Shown here in pieces: positions 36,797 through 48,429 of a DNA stretch of 64,000 bases (positions are counted from its first letter, which is position 1; the number at the start of each line of letters is the position of its first letter). The position numbers were made by a program, and so were the translations under genes. The notes under the pieces were generated by a model. The model was not told the origin of the DNA, made no database searches, and was given only the letters and a program-made list of their open reading frames with translations. Source of the stretch: Mobula hypostoma (lineage: Eukaryota). The stretch lies in the NCBI RefSeq assembly GCF_963921235.1, contig NC_086108.1:77936001-78000000 (forward strand), in the 5' to 3' direction.

Positions 36797-38012
36797 ACTT
36801 CCTTTCCGCAGTTAACACAGGTAAACCTACCTCATCCCGTTACCGCTTAAGCCTGTTGAGCCAAAGCCCTATCACTCTGCCACCTCTCACTCCACTGCCC
36901 ACTGGATATGGTGGTCTCCTTTTTAAACTTTTCCCCGCTCTCTTGGCCTAATGTATCTGCCTCTGCCCCATCCCTGACAGGGGATTCATAGAGCAATACA
37001 GCACAGAAACAGGCCCTTTGCCCCAACTCATCCCTGCTAACTATGCTGTACATGCACCTAGTCCCAGTGGCCCATGTTTGGCCCAAACCCCTCCTGTCCA
37101 TCTTTTATCCATACTAATATGTTAAACCCCATCCCCAATACCATATGTTTTTACTTCTCTAATTGCAAAGAATTTTGTAACGCCACAAAATCTATTTACT
37201 GCAAATTGGCACATCCTGGGGTCAATTAGAATGATTGTCATTGGTGAGGGGGGGCTATAAATTGGTGGGTCTTTACATCCATATTTCTTTATAGCATAGG
37301 AGGCCTCTATTGAATTGATGTCAACCAATAGAGCAATTCCATTTGCCACACTCATTTTCCTTGTAGGAACAAATTTCCTACTCTCAGATTCTAACAATCA
37401 CCTACTCTGTAGTCAATTAACAGCAGCCATTCAAATTGTCAACCTGCACGTCCCTGGGATGTGGGAGAAAACCCATGTAATCGTAGGGAAGGTGTAGGTG
37501 TGCCTACTGCACACACTGACAGCACCAGACATCAGGATTAAACACAGTCACTGGAATTGTAAAGCAGCAGCTCCCGTGTCACAGGGAATAAAATCATTGG
37601 ACTCTACTGTGTATTTTCTGATAAAGAATAATCTCTCTAAATTGAGGCAACTAGTCCCTCATCAGCGCACTACCACCATTCTTTTATCCAGGAAGCAACT
37701 CTATCATAGACAAGGGAGCTGTAAAAGCCTACAACTAATCTTACATCTGGTTTCCACCACAAAAATACACATGAAAAACACTATCTTAAAAATATGCAGT
37801 AATAAAAAGTTATAAGACACAAATAATCATCAAAACGGCTACATCTGTCTTGCAAACACACATGCAACACAGTTACGCACGATGTTACAGTCCATTACAT
37901 TATCGCACCTTACATTTTCCGCAATTGTTCTTTCAACCATAAAATCAAAACCAGCCTCCTGTAACCTCTGTGATACAGAATATTTAATAACTATCTTGCC
38001 CTACCATCCAGT

Positions 38013-38239
38013 GTGTTGGGCACGTGGCCAAGTGGTTAAGGCGTTCGTCTAGTTATCTCAAGGTCGCTAGTTCAAGCCTCAGCTGTGGCAGCGTGTTTGT
38101 GCCCTTGAGCAAGGCACTTAGTCACACATTGCTCTAGTCTGTGCCAGGAGTGGCGCCCCACACAGACTTCCAACCTGCGCCTTGTAAGGTATGAAAATGC
38201 CCAATGCAGGCCTCTCATGGTCTGAGTCGACGTTCCCCT
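38013..38239 (+). mobile_element. tRNA-derived SINE with a CORE-like middle
   Basis: 14-bp TSD ccctaccatccagt at 37999-38012 and 38240-38253; A box tggccaagtgg, B box gttcaagcc; gtgcccttgagcaaggcactt CORE-like segment. Confidence 0.85.
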
Positions 38240-38321
38240 CCCTACCATCCAGTCCTAAAAACTGACCCCAGTTTTCCAGAATCTGGAGTTCACTTTCACT
38301 GTCCCATGTCTGGTTAGATAC

Positions 38322-38620
38322 TTTTATTTTATTTATTTTTAGATACAGCGTGGAGTAGCCCTTTCTGGCCCAGCGTGCCGTGAAGGCCAACCACCCAGTC
38401 ATTGAACACTAGCCTAACACAAGTAAATTTACAAAAGCTAATTAACCTATTAATCAGTACGTGTTTGTTTGGTCTGTGGAAGGAAACTGGAGAAGAAACC
38501 CATGCAGTCATGGGGAGGATCTACAAACTCCTTACAGGACACCTGAATTGAACTCCGAACTCCAGTACAGCCCCAGCTGGAATAGCATTGCGCTAACCAC
38601 TACACTATCATGGCACCCAT
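38322..38620 (-). mobile_element. tRNA-derived V-SINE-like element
   Basis: Homologous to 62328-62590 and 56945-57893; ggaggaaaccggag...cccatgcagtcatggggag...caaactccttacag block; A-rich tail. Confidence 0.65.
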
Positions 38621-40660
38621 ACGCATTTCCTAAAAACTAACGGGCTGATAATTTCCTACAGGTCCTAAGGCTGTTACGTCTGGTAATGATATTGTTCAGA
38701 AGGTTCTTCTGAAGTCAAGAAAGAGGCACAGAAGTTATGGTTATGGCCATTTTGTTAGACATTCATTATAGTACAGGTCAGACTGGGTCAACCCAGATCA
38801 GCAAGCAAAGCCAGTAAAGACTAACAAAGGAACGCTGAGTACATGCTTTCCTTATATTCTGCAAACTAGTCTGAAACAACTTACATTAAAAAAAACATGT
38901 GAACAGGTACTGACAGAGTCTCCCCTCAGCTTTACAGATAAAGAAACCACAGAAGGAAATAGATTACAAGAAACTAGAGGAGTATAGACAAAGAGGTGAA
39001 GCAATCATAAAGAAAGCTAAACTACAAAAAAAAAAGACCAAAAACAACAATTTGGACCTGAATCTAGTAGTACCCCCCCCCCACCCCCGATACTAAATAC
39101 AATATTTTTAATCATTACATCTGAAACTTCTGAAGTAAAAAGAAAATCTTTTTGGTACAAAGTCGAGCATAAGATTTAATCATGTCCAGTGGTTGGTGAC
39201 CTCATTTAATGTCTTGCAGTCAGTTAGTGATTTATTCATTGCAACCCAGCTGTCTCCTTTTCCATTTCTTAGTGCCACTTTGGCTTGCTTACAATTGCGA
39301 GTGTGTATTCACTTAGATTTTTCCTTCAATATTTACTACTAAATCAGGAATTAACTGCACCTAATAAGACCCTTCCTACTGAATGCCCAATGGCTCCTTA
39401 TGTGGTTTCCTTATCAAAACCCACTCACCAGGAATCAAGGTGTGTCCTCCTTCTCCTGGATTTCTCCAAGCAGCAGAATCCTATTGAGAAGCAGATTGAA
39501 AAGTCTGAGTTAGTTTAACAGAATAGTCAACTAGGCTGTCTGTTATAATATGTATATCATAATGTGCATGTAAGATATTGTTAAGTTGATAGGGATGGTA
39601 TTTGGAGACAGTGTGGGAAGTTAGAGGTCAGGTTAGGGAAAGGGACAGAGAGAGAGGAGTGAGAGGTCGGGGAAGTAAATGAAGTGTTTGAGGAAGGAAC
39701 AGAGGTTGGATGCAAGTTACTCCTCTAGAGCAGAGGTCCAAAGTCTGCCGGGCCCTGATAACGAGGGCCAGTGACCCCCAAGGTTGGCGAGACCTGAGGA
39801 TGAAGGGATTGGAGGCCCAGGGTCAGTCAGCTGGTTCTGAGTTTGGAGCCCAGGGGTGGGTGAGTCTGGAGGTCGAAGCCCCAAGGTCAATGAGTAGGGA
39901 GGTCAGACTCAATGTCTGCGAATCTGGGGCCACGGTCTAGAGGTTGGAGGCCCAGAGGCTGTCTGTTCTGGGGTTGGAGGCCTACGGTAGGTGGTGAAGG
40001 GGGTTTGCTTGTTTGTTTTGTTGCTGCTCCTGTGTGTTCTGCTGAACATTGTGGGCAGGCTATGTTGGCACCGGAATGTGTGGGACACTTGCAGGATATC
40101 CCTAGCACATCCTCAGAATGTGTTGGCTGTTAAGACACACGACATACGGTTTTTCACTGTATGTTTCATTGTACATGTTCCTAATAAATACTGTAAATCT
40201 AAACCTAAATCTAAATTTAAATTAACCTCTCTGAGGTCAATAGCTGCAGATAATGATATTGGTCATATTGTCACCACCTCAAGCCTAGTGTCTTTGCTTG
40301 GGGTTTCCGTGATGCTACAAGACTATAGGGGGAGTCATGGTCCATGGTACACATTCCTCACCATACTCAGACTTTGTTTATTAGTTCCATTCATTTCTTC
40401 CACCTGTCCTGATAACTCTGGATAATGTGGACAGTGGAAATGTCATTCAATGTCCATCAATCAGCATAACTCTTGACATATCCCTTGGTCAAAATCAAGC
40501 AGCTGCTACTTGAGAGGTCCCATTCCTTGTCAGTAAAGTGCATGCAGAGTGAGGACACCAGGCATTCATGACTTGATCAAGCACAATACTGGAATCAGCC
40601 ATATCTGCCAGATAAGTTGCTTGCTCTGCTCACAAACATGAACCCTATTCTAATGCTACA

Positions 40661-40751
40661 GTCATAAAAGTTGCTGGTGAACGCAGCAGGCTAGGCAGCA
40701 TCTCTAGGAAGAGGTACAGTCGACGTTTCGGGCCGAGACCCTTCGTCAGGA
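40661..40751 (-). mobile_element. 91-bp Penelope-pLTR-derived insertion
   Basis: 11-bp TSD ctaatgctaca at 40650-40660 and 40752-40762; the insert is only the hammerhead motif plus about 55 nt. Confidence 0.88.
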
Positions 40752-40754
40752 CTA
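40717..40754 (-). ncRNA. Minimal type I hammerhead ribozyme motif (core intact)
   Basis: Minus strand uaguc-CUGACGA-a-GGG(ucucgg)CCC-GAAAC-GUC-gacug: helix I uaguc/gacug, 3-4 bp helix II, palindromic ACGU helix III, GUC cleavage triplet (predicted cut between 40722 and 40721). Confidence 0.7.
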
Positions 40755-40779
40755 ATGCTACATTATCTAGTCTGACAGC

Positions 40780-43700
40780 TCCAGTTCTTTAACATGTTCC
40801 TTAGAGAACGTGTTAAAGAACTGGAGCTGCAAATCGATGGCCTTCGGCTCATATGGGAGAATGAGGAGGTGATAGATTGGAGCTACAGGGAGGTAGTCAT
40901 CACTAGGTTTCAGGAGGCAGCTGAATGGGTGACCGTCAGGAGAAGGAATGGAAATAGGCAGCCAGAACAAAGTGCCACTGTGGCCGTTCCACTCAATAAC
41001 AAGTACACCATTTTTGATAGTCTTTGGGGATGTCTCGGCTTATGTCCATGACATTCTAAAGGGGGGAGCGTGAGCAGCCAGGTGTCTTGGTACATACAAG
41101 TACTAATAACATAGGAAGGAATAGAGAAGAGGTCCTAAAAAGAGAATTTAGAGAGTGAGATACAAAGCTAGGATCTCCAGGATAAGAATCCGTGGAATGC
41201 TGCCTGTGCCAGGCACCAGTGAGGGCAAGAACACAATGATTTAACAGATAAATCCATGGCCGAGGACCTGGTGCAGGGGACAGGATTTCAGATTTCTGGT
41301 TCACTGGGATCTCTTTGGGGGAACGTGTGACCTGTACAAAAAGGACGGGTTACACCTGAACCTAAGAGGGGCCAATATCCTTGCGGGCAGGTTTGCTAGA
41401 GCTGTTAGGGGTGGTTTAAACTAATTTGCAGGGAGATGGGAACTGGAATGTTAGGGCTGAGGACAGGGATGTTGGTTTACAAGCAGAAGGTAATGTATAG
41501 TGAAACTGTCAGGAAGGACGGGCAAATGAGAGGGAAAGATTGCAACCATTGGGATGGGTTGCAGTGTAAAGGGGGACAAAAATGAAACGGGTGACAAATA
41601 CAGTACTGAAGGTGTTATATTGAAATGCACACAGCATACAAAATACAAGGGGTGATTGATAAGTTTGTGGCATAAAGTAGCAGGAGATGAGTTATTAACT
41701 TCAAAATTTCTGTATAATCACTCGAAGAGTTGAACTGCATGTACATGTAACGAGAGCTATATAACTCATCTCCTTCTACCTTGGGCCACGAACTTACCAA
41801 TCACCCCTGCTGTGGACCACTTTATGGAGGTCCAAGACGCCGACTTCTACAAAGAAGGGATCCGTATGCTCCACAACCGCTGGACTAAGTGTATAAATGT
41901 AGGAGGGGACTATGTTGAAAAATAAATGTGCTAGGTTTTCTAAAATTGACTCCTTCTACCTTAGGCCACGAACTTATCAATCACCCCTCGTAAGCTAGAT
42001 GATCTTGTAGTGCAGCTAGAGATTGCTAGATATGATGTTGTGGATCTCATGGAGTCATGGCTGAAAGATGATTTTAGATGGGAGCTTAATATTCAAGGAT
42101 ACACAATCTATTGAAAGGACAGGTGGGTAGGCAGAGGACGAGGAGTGGCTCTGCTGGTAAAAAAAAAGAAATCCAATCTTTAGAGAAAGGTGACATAGGA
42201 TCAGAGGATGTAGATTCCGTGTTGGTAGAGTTAAGAAACTGCAAAGCTAAGAAGACCCTGATGGGAGTTACTTACAGGCCGAAAAGTATCAGGATATGGT
42301 CTACAAATTACAGCGGAAGATTTTAAAAAATCATGTCAAAAAGGCAATATTACAGTGGTCATAAGAGATTTCAATATACAGATAGATTGAGAAAATCAAG
42401 TTGATGTTGGATTCCAAGACCAGAGAATTTGTGGAATGGCTCCGAGATGGCTTTTTGGAGCAGAATGTGGTTGAGCTCACTAGGGGATCAGCAATTCTGG
42501 ATTGGTTGTTGTGGAATGAACTGGATATGTTTAGGGAGCTTAAGGTAAGGGAAGCCTTAGGAAACAGTAATCATAATATGATAGAATTCACCCTGAAATT
42601 TGAGAGGGATAAGCTAAACTCAGGTGCATTAGTATTACAGTGGAGTAAAGGGAACTACAGAGAAATGAGAGAGGAGTTGGCCAAAGTTGATTGGAAGGGG
42701 ACACTAGCAAGGATGATGGCAGAGCAGCAATGGCTGGAGTTTCAGGGAGCAATTCAAAAGGCACAGGACAGATATATCCCAAAGAAGAAAAAGTATTCTA
42801 AAGGCAGTATGATGTAACCATGGTTGACAAGGGAATGCAGAGCCAATATAAAAATCAAAATAGAGGGCATATAATATAGCAAAAATTAGTCGGATGTTAG
42901 AGAATTAGGAATTTTTTTTAAACCAACAGAAGAGAACTAAAAAAGCAATGGGGGGAAAGATGAGATATGAAAGTAAGCTAGCCAATAATATCAAAAATTA
43001 CATCAGAAGTTTCTTCAGATATACAGTGTAATAGAGAGGTGATTTTGGACCATTGGAGAAAGATGCTGGAGAGATAGCCATAGGGAACAAGGAAATGGCG
43101 GATGAACTAAGTGTTTTGCATCAGTCTTCACTTGAGGTATCAAGTGAATCTTGCAGACACTTGAGGTATCTTGGAAGTTCAAGAGTGTCGGGGGCAGAAG
43201 TAAGTGCAGTTACTATTACTGGAGAGATGATGCTTGGGAAACTGAAAGGTCTGATGGTAGCTGGACCAGAAGGGCTACACACTAGGATTCTAATAGAAGT
43301 AGCTGAAGAGATTGTGGGTGCACTAGAAATAATCTTTCAAGAAACAATAGATTCTGGCATGGTTCCAGAGGACTGGAAAATTGCAAATGTCACTCCACTG
43401 TTCCAAGAAGAGAGGCAGGCAGAAGAAAGGCAATTATAGGCCAGTTAGCCTGTCCTCAATGGTTGGGAAGATATTGCAGTTGATTGTTAAGTATGTGGTT
43501 TCGGGAAACTTGGAGGAACATGACAAAATAAGCCAAAGTCAGCGTAGTTTCCCAAAGGGAAAATCTTACCTGACAAATCTATTGGAATTGTATGAAGAAG
43601 TAACAAGTAGGATAGACAAAGGAAAATCTGTGGATATTGTGTACATGGATTTTCAGAAGGCCTTTGACAAGGCAGCACATATAAGGCTGCTAAACAAGAA

Positions 43701-44770
43701 AAGAGTCCAGGGTATTACAGCAAAGATATTAGCATGGATAGAGCATTAGCTGATTGACAAGAAGCAAATAGTGGAAATAAAGGGATCCTTTTCAGATTGG
43801 CTGCCGGTGACTTAGTGGTGTTGGGATCGCTTCTTTTTTACATTGTATACCAATGATGAAATTGATGGCTTTGTGGCCAGGTTTGTGGTTGACACGGAGA
43901 TAGGTGGAGGGGCAGGTAGTGTTAAAGAAGCACAGAGGCTGCAGAAGGATTCAGATTAGGAGAATGGGCAAAGAGGTGGCAGATGGAATACGGTGTTGGG
44001 AAGTGTATAGTCATTCACTTTAGTAGAAGAAATAAAAGCATAGACTATTTTCTAAATGGGGAGAAAATATAAAAATCCAAGGTGCAAAGGGATTTAGGAA
44101 TCCTCTTGCAGGACTCCCTAAAGGTTAACCTGCAGGTTAAATCAGTGGTGATGAAAGCGAAAGCAATGTCAGCATTCATTTTGAGAGGATTAGAATATAG
44201 AAACAGGGATGTAATGTGAGGCTGTATAAAGCACTGGTGAGGCCTCACTTGGAGTACTGTGAGCAGTTTTGGACCCCTTATCTAAGAGAGATGTGCCGAT
44301 ATTGGAGAGGGTTACGAAAATATTTCTGAGATTGAAAGGCTTGTCATATGAGGAGCATTTGATGGCTCTGGGCCTCTACTCACTGAAATTCAGATAAATG
44401 AGGATTGACCTCATTGAAACCTATTGAATGTTTAAAGGCCTCGACAGAGTGGATATGAAGAAGATGTTTCCTACGGTGGGAGAATTTAAGACCAAATAAC
44501 AGAGCCTCAGAATAGAATGGAGGTTAAGGAAGAATTTCTTTCGCTGGAGAGTGGTGAATCTGTGGAATTTATTGCTACAGGTGACTGTGGGGGCCAAGTC
44601 ATTGGGTATATGTAAGGCAGGAATTGATAGATTCTTGATTAGTCAGAGCATGAAGGGACTTAGGGCAAAGACAGGAGATTGAGACTGGGAGGGAAATGGA
44701 TCAGCCATGATGAAATGGCAGAGCAGACCTGATGGCAAAATAGCCTAACTCTGCTCCTATGTCTTATGAT
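40780..44770 (+). mobile_element. Near-full-length decayed CR1 LINE
   Basis: ORF1 remnant 40794-41051 (LRERVKELELQID), esterase remnant to ~41420, ORF2 remnants 42401-42817 and 43053-43749, 3' UTR at ~44700-44770. Confidence 0.88.
41646..41990 (+). mobile_element. Mariner-derived MITE with TA TSD
   Basis: TA at 41644-41645 and 41991-41992; ~40-bp TIRs caaggggtgattgataagtt... / ...aacttatcaatcacccctcg; transposase C-terminus FYKEGIRMLHNRWTKCINVGGDYVEK* at ~41845-41925. Confidence 0.9.
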
Positions 44771-44939
44771 GCTATAATAGAAAATGAGATGCTTGTTCTT
44801 GAGACAAGACTGCTGTCATGTACCAGGTTTCTCATTTCACCCATGTCACAGATTCCTAATGTGGCTGCTATGCATAATGCTGCCTTTATAGTTTGGAATT
44901 CCTTGAATTATTCGTCAGCGAGAGTCACAGCATCATAGA

Positions 44940-45775
44940 GTCACAGAGCACTAGAGCAGAGAAACAGGCCCTTCAGCCCACAAGACCATAAGACCAGAAG
45001 ACCGAGGAGTTGAATTAGGCCATTCGACCTTTTGAGTCTGCTCTGCCATTCGATCACGGCTAAATTATTTTCTCTCTCAATCCTATTCTCCTGCCTTTTC
45101 CCTGTAGCTTTAATGGCATACAAATCAAGAACCTATCAACCTCCACTTTATATATACTGAATGACTGAGCCTCCATAGCCACTCTCTGGCGAAAGAAACT
45201 CCTTCTCATCTCTGTTCCAAAGGGATGTCCCTCTATTTTGAGGCTGTGCCCTCTGGTTCTAAACTCTCCCGCTATTGGAAACATCACATCCACTCTATGT
45301 AAGAGTTTTAATATTCAGTAGGTTTCAATGAGATCCTCCCTCATTCTCCTAAGCTCCAGTACATACAGGTCGAGAGCTATCAAATACTCCTCTTACACTA
45401 ACCCTGTCATTCCTGAGATCATTCTGTATACTCCCTGCTTCTTCAACACTACCTGTGTATCATCTGCAAACTTGGCCACAAAACCATCAATTCCTTCAAC
45501 CAGATCATGAACATATAACTTGAACAGTAGCTGACTCAACTCTGAATGCTATGGAACACCACTTGTCACCAGCAGTCAAGCAGAAAAGGCCTCTTTTATT
45601 TGGGCCATATCCTTCCAAACCACTCTCATGCATGCACCTATCCAAACTTCCCCTAAATGTCATGGCAGCTCATTCCACATTCACACCATCCACTGACTGA
45701 AGATGTTTTCCCTCAGATTCCCTTTAAATACTAAACCTTTCATCCAAAGCCTATGACATCTAGCTTTAGTATCAC
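44940..45775 (-). mobile_element. Nested CR1 3' fragments
   Basis: ORF 45060-45293 GEFRTRGHSLKIEG...; CR1 3' UTR and tail at ~44982-45100. Confidence 0.7.
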
Positions 45776-46693
45776 TGGTCAACCAAGTATTTGCAGCCCT
45801 TCAATGAATTTTCAGTACATGAATCAACCAAGCTCTGTTATATTTACACAAGCCCAGAAATGATCAGAATCACTGGACTGTTGCAGGTGCTTTTGCTGAT
45901 ATGATAGCCTTCATATGATCCTCAGCGATTTCCTGCTTATCCTGAGAAATTCTTTGTACCAAGTAAATAACTTCTTTTTGTTATAATTATGCTTTGTCCA
46001 AAGTTGCCTTTGGGAGGATAGATAATTGGGTAAGGAAATTACATCATACTCTCGATGGTCTGCAGTGTCAGATGCAATCAGGACACCATCCAGATGTTGA
46101 GTGATGGCCAAATCAGAAGTTGGTAAATCTGTCAGATGTTGCCTTAAAACCATGTGGTAAACAACTGGGCAGATATAGAAGCCTTGTAGCAGCCTCGTCC
46201 GCAGTAGGGATGACCATTGATTGTGAAAGCAAACTATAGTTGACATTCAGGTGTCAAGATACAGAACAGAACCAATTGGCAATGTCAATGACTATGAAGC
46301 ATTTGTGTGACATTTTCAATACATTGAAAATGATTGAAGGTTTAGTCACTTGAAGAGTTAACTTGTCAGTGCTTTGATTATTAACATATAGACCAATGTC
46401 AGTATACAGCTTTCTTAAAAGGCCAAACCAGACCATTTGATGGACCCACCAGCTGATTAATGAAGGGTAAAATGCCTTCCACAGATATTTTGTTGGGAGG
46501 ATACTGCTTAGTACATAGGGGCACCTTACCAGTAAATGTGAAAGGGCCCATTTCTGGCAGCCACCATTACTGAGTGGTTTCTTAGTTCAGATTTGACCAA
46601 CTGCCTTAGGTTCCAGACAACCCTACCCTAAAGTTTAGGATCAGCAATACATCCATTCCAAGGACAGGTTGTAAGATGTCTCCCATATAAAAT

Positions 46694-46786
46694 CCTGTCG
46701 AAGGGTCTCGGCCTGAAACGTCGACTGCACCTCTTCCTACAGATGCTGCTTGGCCTGCTGCGTTCACCAGCAACTTTGATGTACGT
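46694..46786 (+). mobile_element. 93-bp Penelope-pLTR-derived insertion inside the ERV protease region
   Basis: 13-bp TSD tcccatataaaat at 46681-46693 and 46787-46799; begins cctgtcgaagggtctcggcctgaaacgtcgac (hammerhead A6 mutated). Confidence 0.9.
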
Positions 46787-47801
46787 TCCCATATAAAATT
46801 ATCTTTTTTGTTGATGAAGACCAAGCTGGGGACCTCAACTGGCCTGGTTTTGGCTGAAGTTATCTTCTGACCTCCAGCACCATATACACGTTTGTGAGTA
46901 TTGCTCAGTTATACTTTGCATTTTTTTTTGCAATTGTTTTGGTTATACACATTAGCTAAGGTCTGGTATTTAATAAGAATTCAGGATATTTGTTTCCAAT
47001 AGACTCCCTATTTTTTTTTTGCACTATCAGGATGAGTAAGGGCTGCATGGAAAGATCCAGTTCTTTTTTTCACCTTGAGTCTCCATCCAAAGGCTGCACT
47101 TGTGGATCAGGTGTCAGGTCAGGGTCTACCGACATAGGTGGAGCTGATGGTTGAGCCTGTTTGCATTGACCACTTTGTTATCTGGTCCTCCAACCTCTAG
47201 CCCAATGTCCCATTTTACCACAATAGTGACATGCTTCTTCAGGGACTTGGTTTTGCTTCTGTCATTGGTCAACAGGCAGTCCTGCCTGTAATGTTCTTAT
47301 TCAGACTTCCATGTCTCATTCCACTTGGTTAGCAGCATCCACTGACTGACTGTATGAACTGTCAGGTTCATTCCAATTTGATTGTGTTAACCTAACCATT
47401 GTGGCAACATCTGGTCTCAAGCCATCCATAAAGTTTCATGTGAGTGGACTCTGGTCAGATTCTCCTATGTTGCTTTCATTTACCTTTGGAATTCCTGAGC
47501 GGTTCAGAAGCATTCCTCATATTCAGGGATATCCTTAGGGTTCTTCTCAAGCGACTGACTGCCTTTTTTCAGTCTGTTGGTGTTGGGGTTGGTTCATGCA
47601 ACCACATCTCAATGGCATTCCAACCACCTTATATATTCTTGTTATCCTCTCCTATGGCAGTATTAACTTTTTGCATCAACACTTTTACTGGATGAGGAGA
47701 CAACACAGTCACCAGAACGAGAATGCCATCATATGGGTGCAGGTCACATATATTATTAACAAGCAGAAGTTAAGTCCAGGTCTTTGAATCTACTTTTAAA
47801 G

Positions 47802-47881
47802 CAGGGGTTCCCAACCATTTTTATGCCATGCACCACTACCATTAAGCAAAGTGTCTGTGGACTCCTAGTTAGAAACCTCTG
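47802..47881. mobile_element. 80-bp hAT (Charlie-type) MITE inside the ERV gag
   Basis: Ends caggggttcccaacc / gttagaaacctctg; degenerate 8-bp flanks ttttaaag / gtttaatc. Confidence 0.6.
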
Positions 47882-48429
47882 GTTTAATCGGACCATTCTC
47901 ATGTTCAACAGTATTGTGAGAAAACACTTGTCTTTTTTTATATAGGATGTATCTTCCTGCCCGCGCAACTTCACTTCCTTGGTCTTCAAAGGAGCTAATT
48001 CAGGAATGGCTGACAGTCCCATTTTCTCATTGCTGTCATCATCGCTTGAATCACTAGAGGTCACTGTAGCATCCATGTCAAATCCATTCGGCAGTTCTAA
48101 ATGCAGATAGAGGAGCTGCTTTGGATTCTTGTCCGATGAAGGGGGATTATCCAAGGGTCACCCCTCGGAGCACATCACTCTACTTCGCCACACTTTCCCA
48201 CTGTGACTCGAACACACTTCTGCTTGTGCCTTCTCACTTGTTCAATTAAGGCACAGATTTGATCTTTAGTTTTACCAATGATTTTATCACACTCACTTCA
48301 TAAATGAGCATACTGTCTCTTTCATAATTGTAGAAGATTGTTGATGTGCACCCAGAACTTTTCTTTCTCTCAGGCATTATCTGGATCTTAGCCCATGCTC
48401 TTTTAGTATCATCTTGCAGCCATATTCTA

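Larger units (their letters stand above)
32888..36940 (-). mobile_element. Near-full-length CR1 LINE
   Basis: ORF1 35861-36796; ORF2 pieces 35310-35858, 34892-35290, 33663-34700, 33264-33455, 33032-33223; tandem tail at ~32890-32910. Confidence 0.95.
45790..48420 (-). pseudogene. Highly decayed endogenous retrovirus gag-protease-RT relic
   Basis: Minus strand, in order: gag-like acidic region (ORF 47756-48154), zinc knuckle CHYCGKMGHWARG(W) 47231-47190, protease-like IGNKYPEFLLNTR (~46990-46960) and PVLGMD (~46660), RT motifs LVWPFKK (~46430), FIVIDIANWFCSV (~46290), TRLLQGFYICPVVYH (~46190), QHLDGVLIAS (~46095), SFLGLCKYNR (~45860). Confidence 0.75.

Noticed and set aside
38013..38090. tRNA gene
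   Set aside because: The A/B boxes belong to a TSD-bounded SINE head; I could not build a full cloverleaf.
39285..39518. Possible exon in AT-rich unique DNA
   Set aside because: Weak donor and no recognisable protein.
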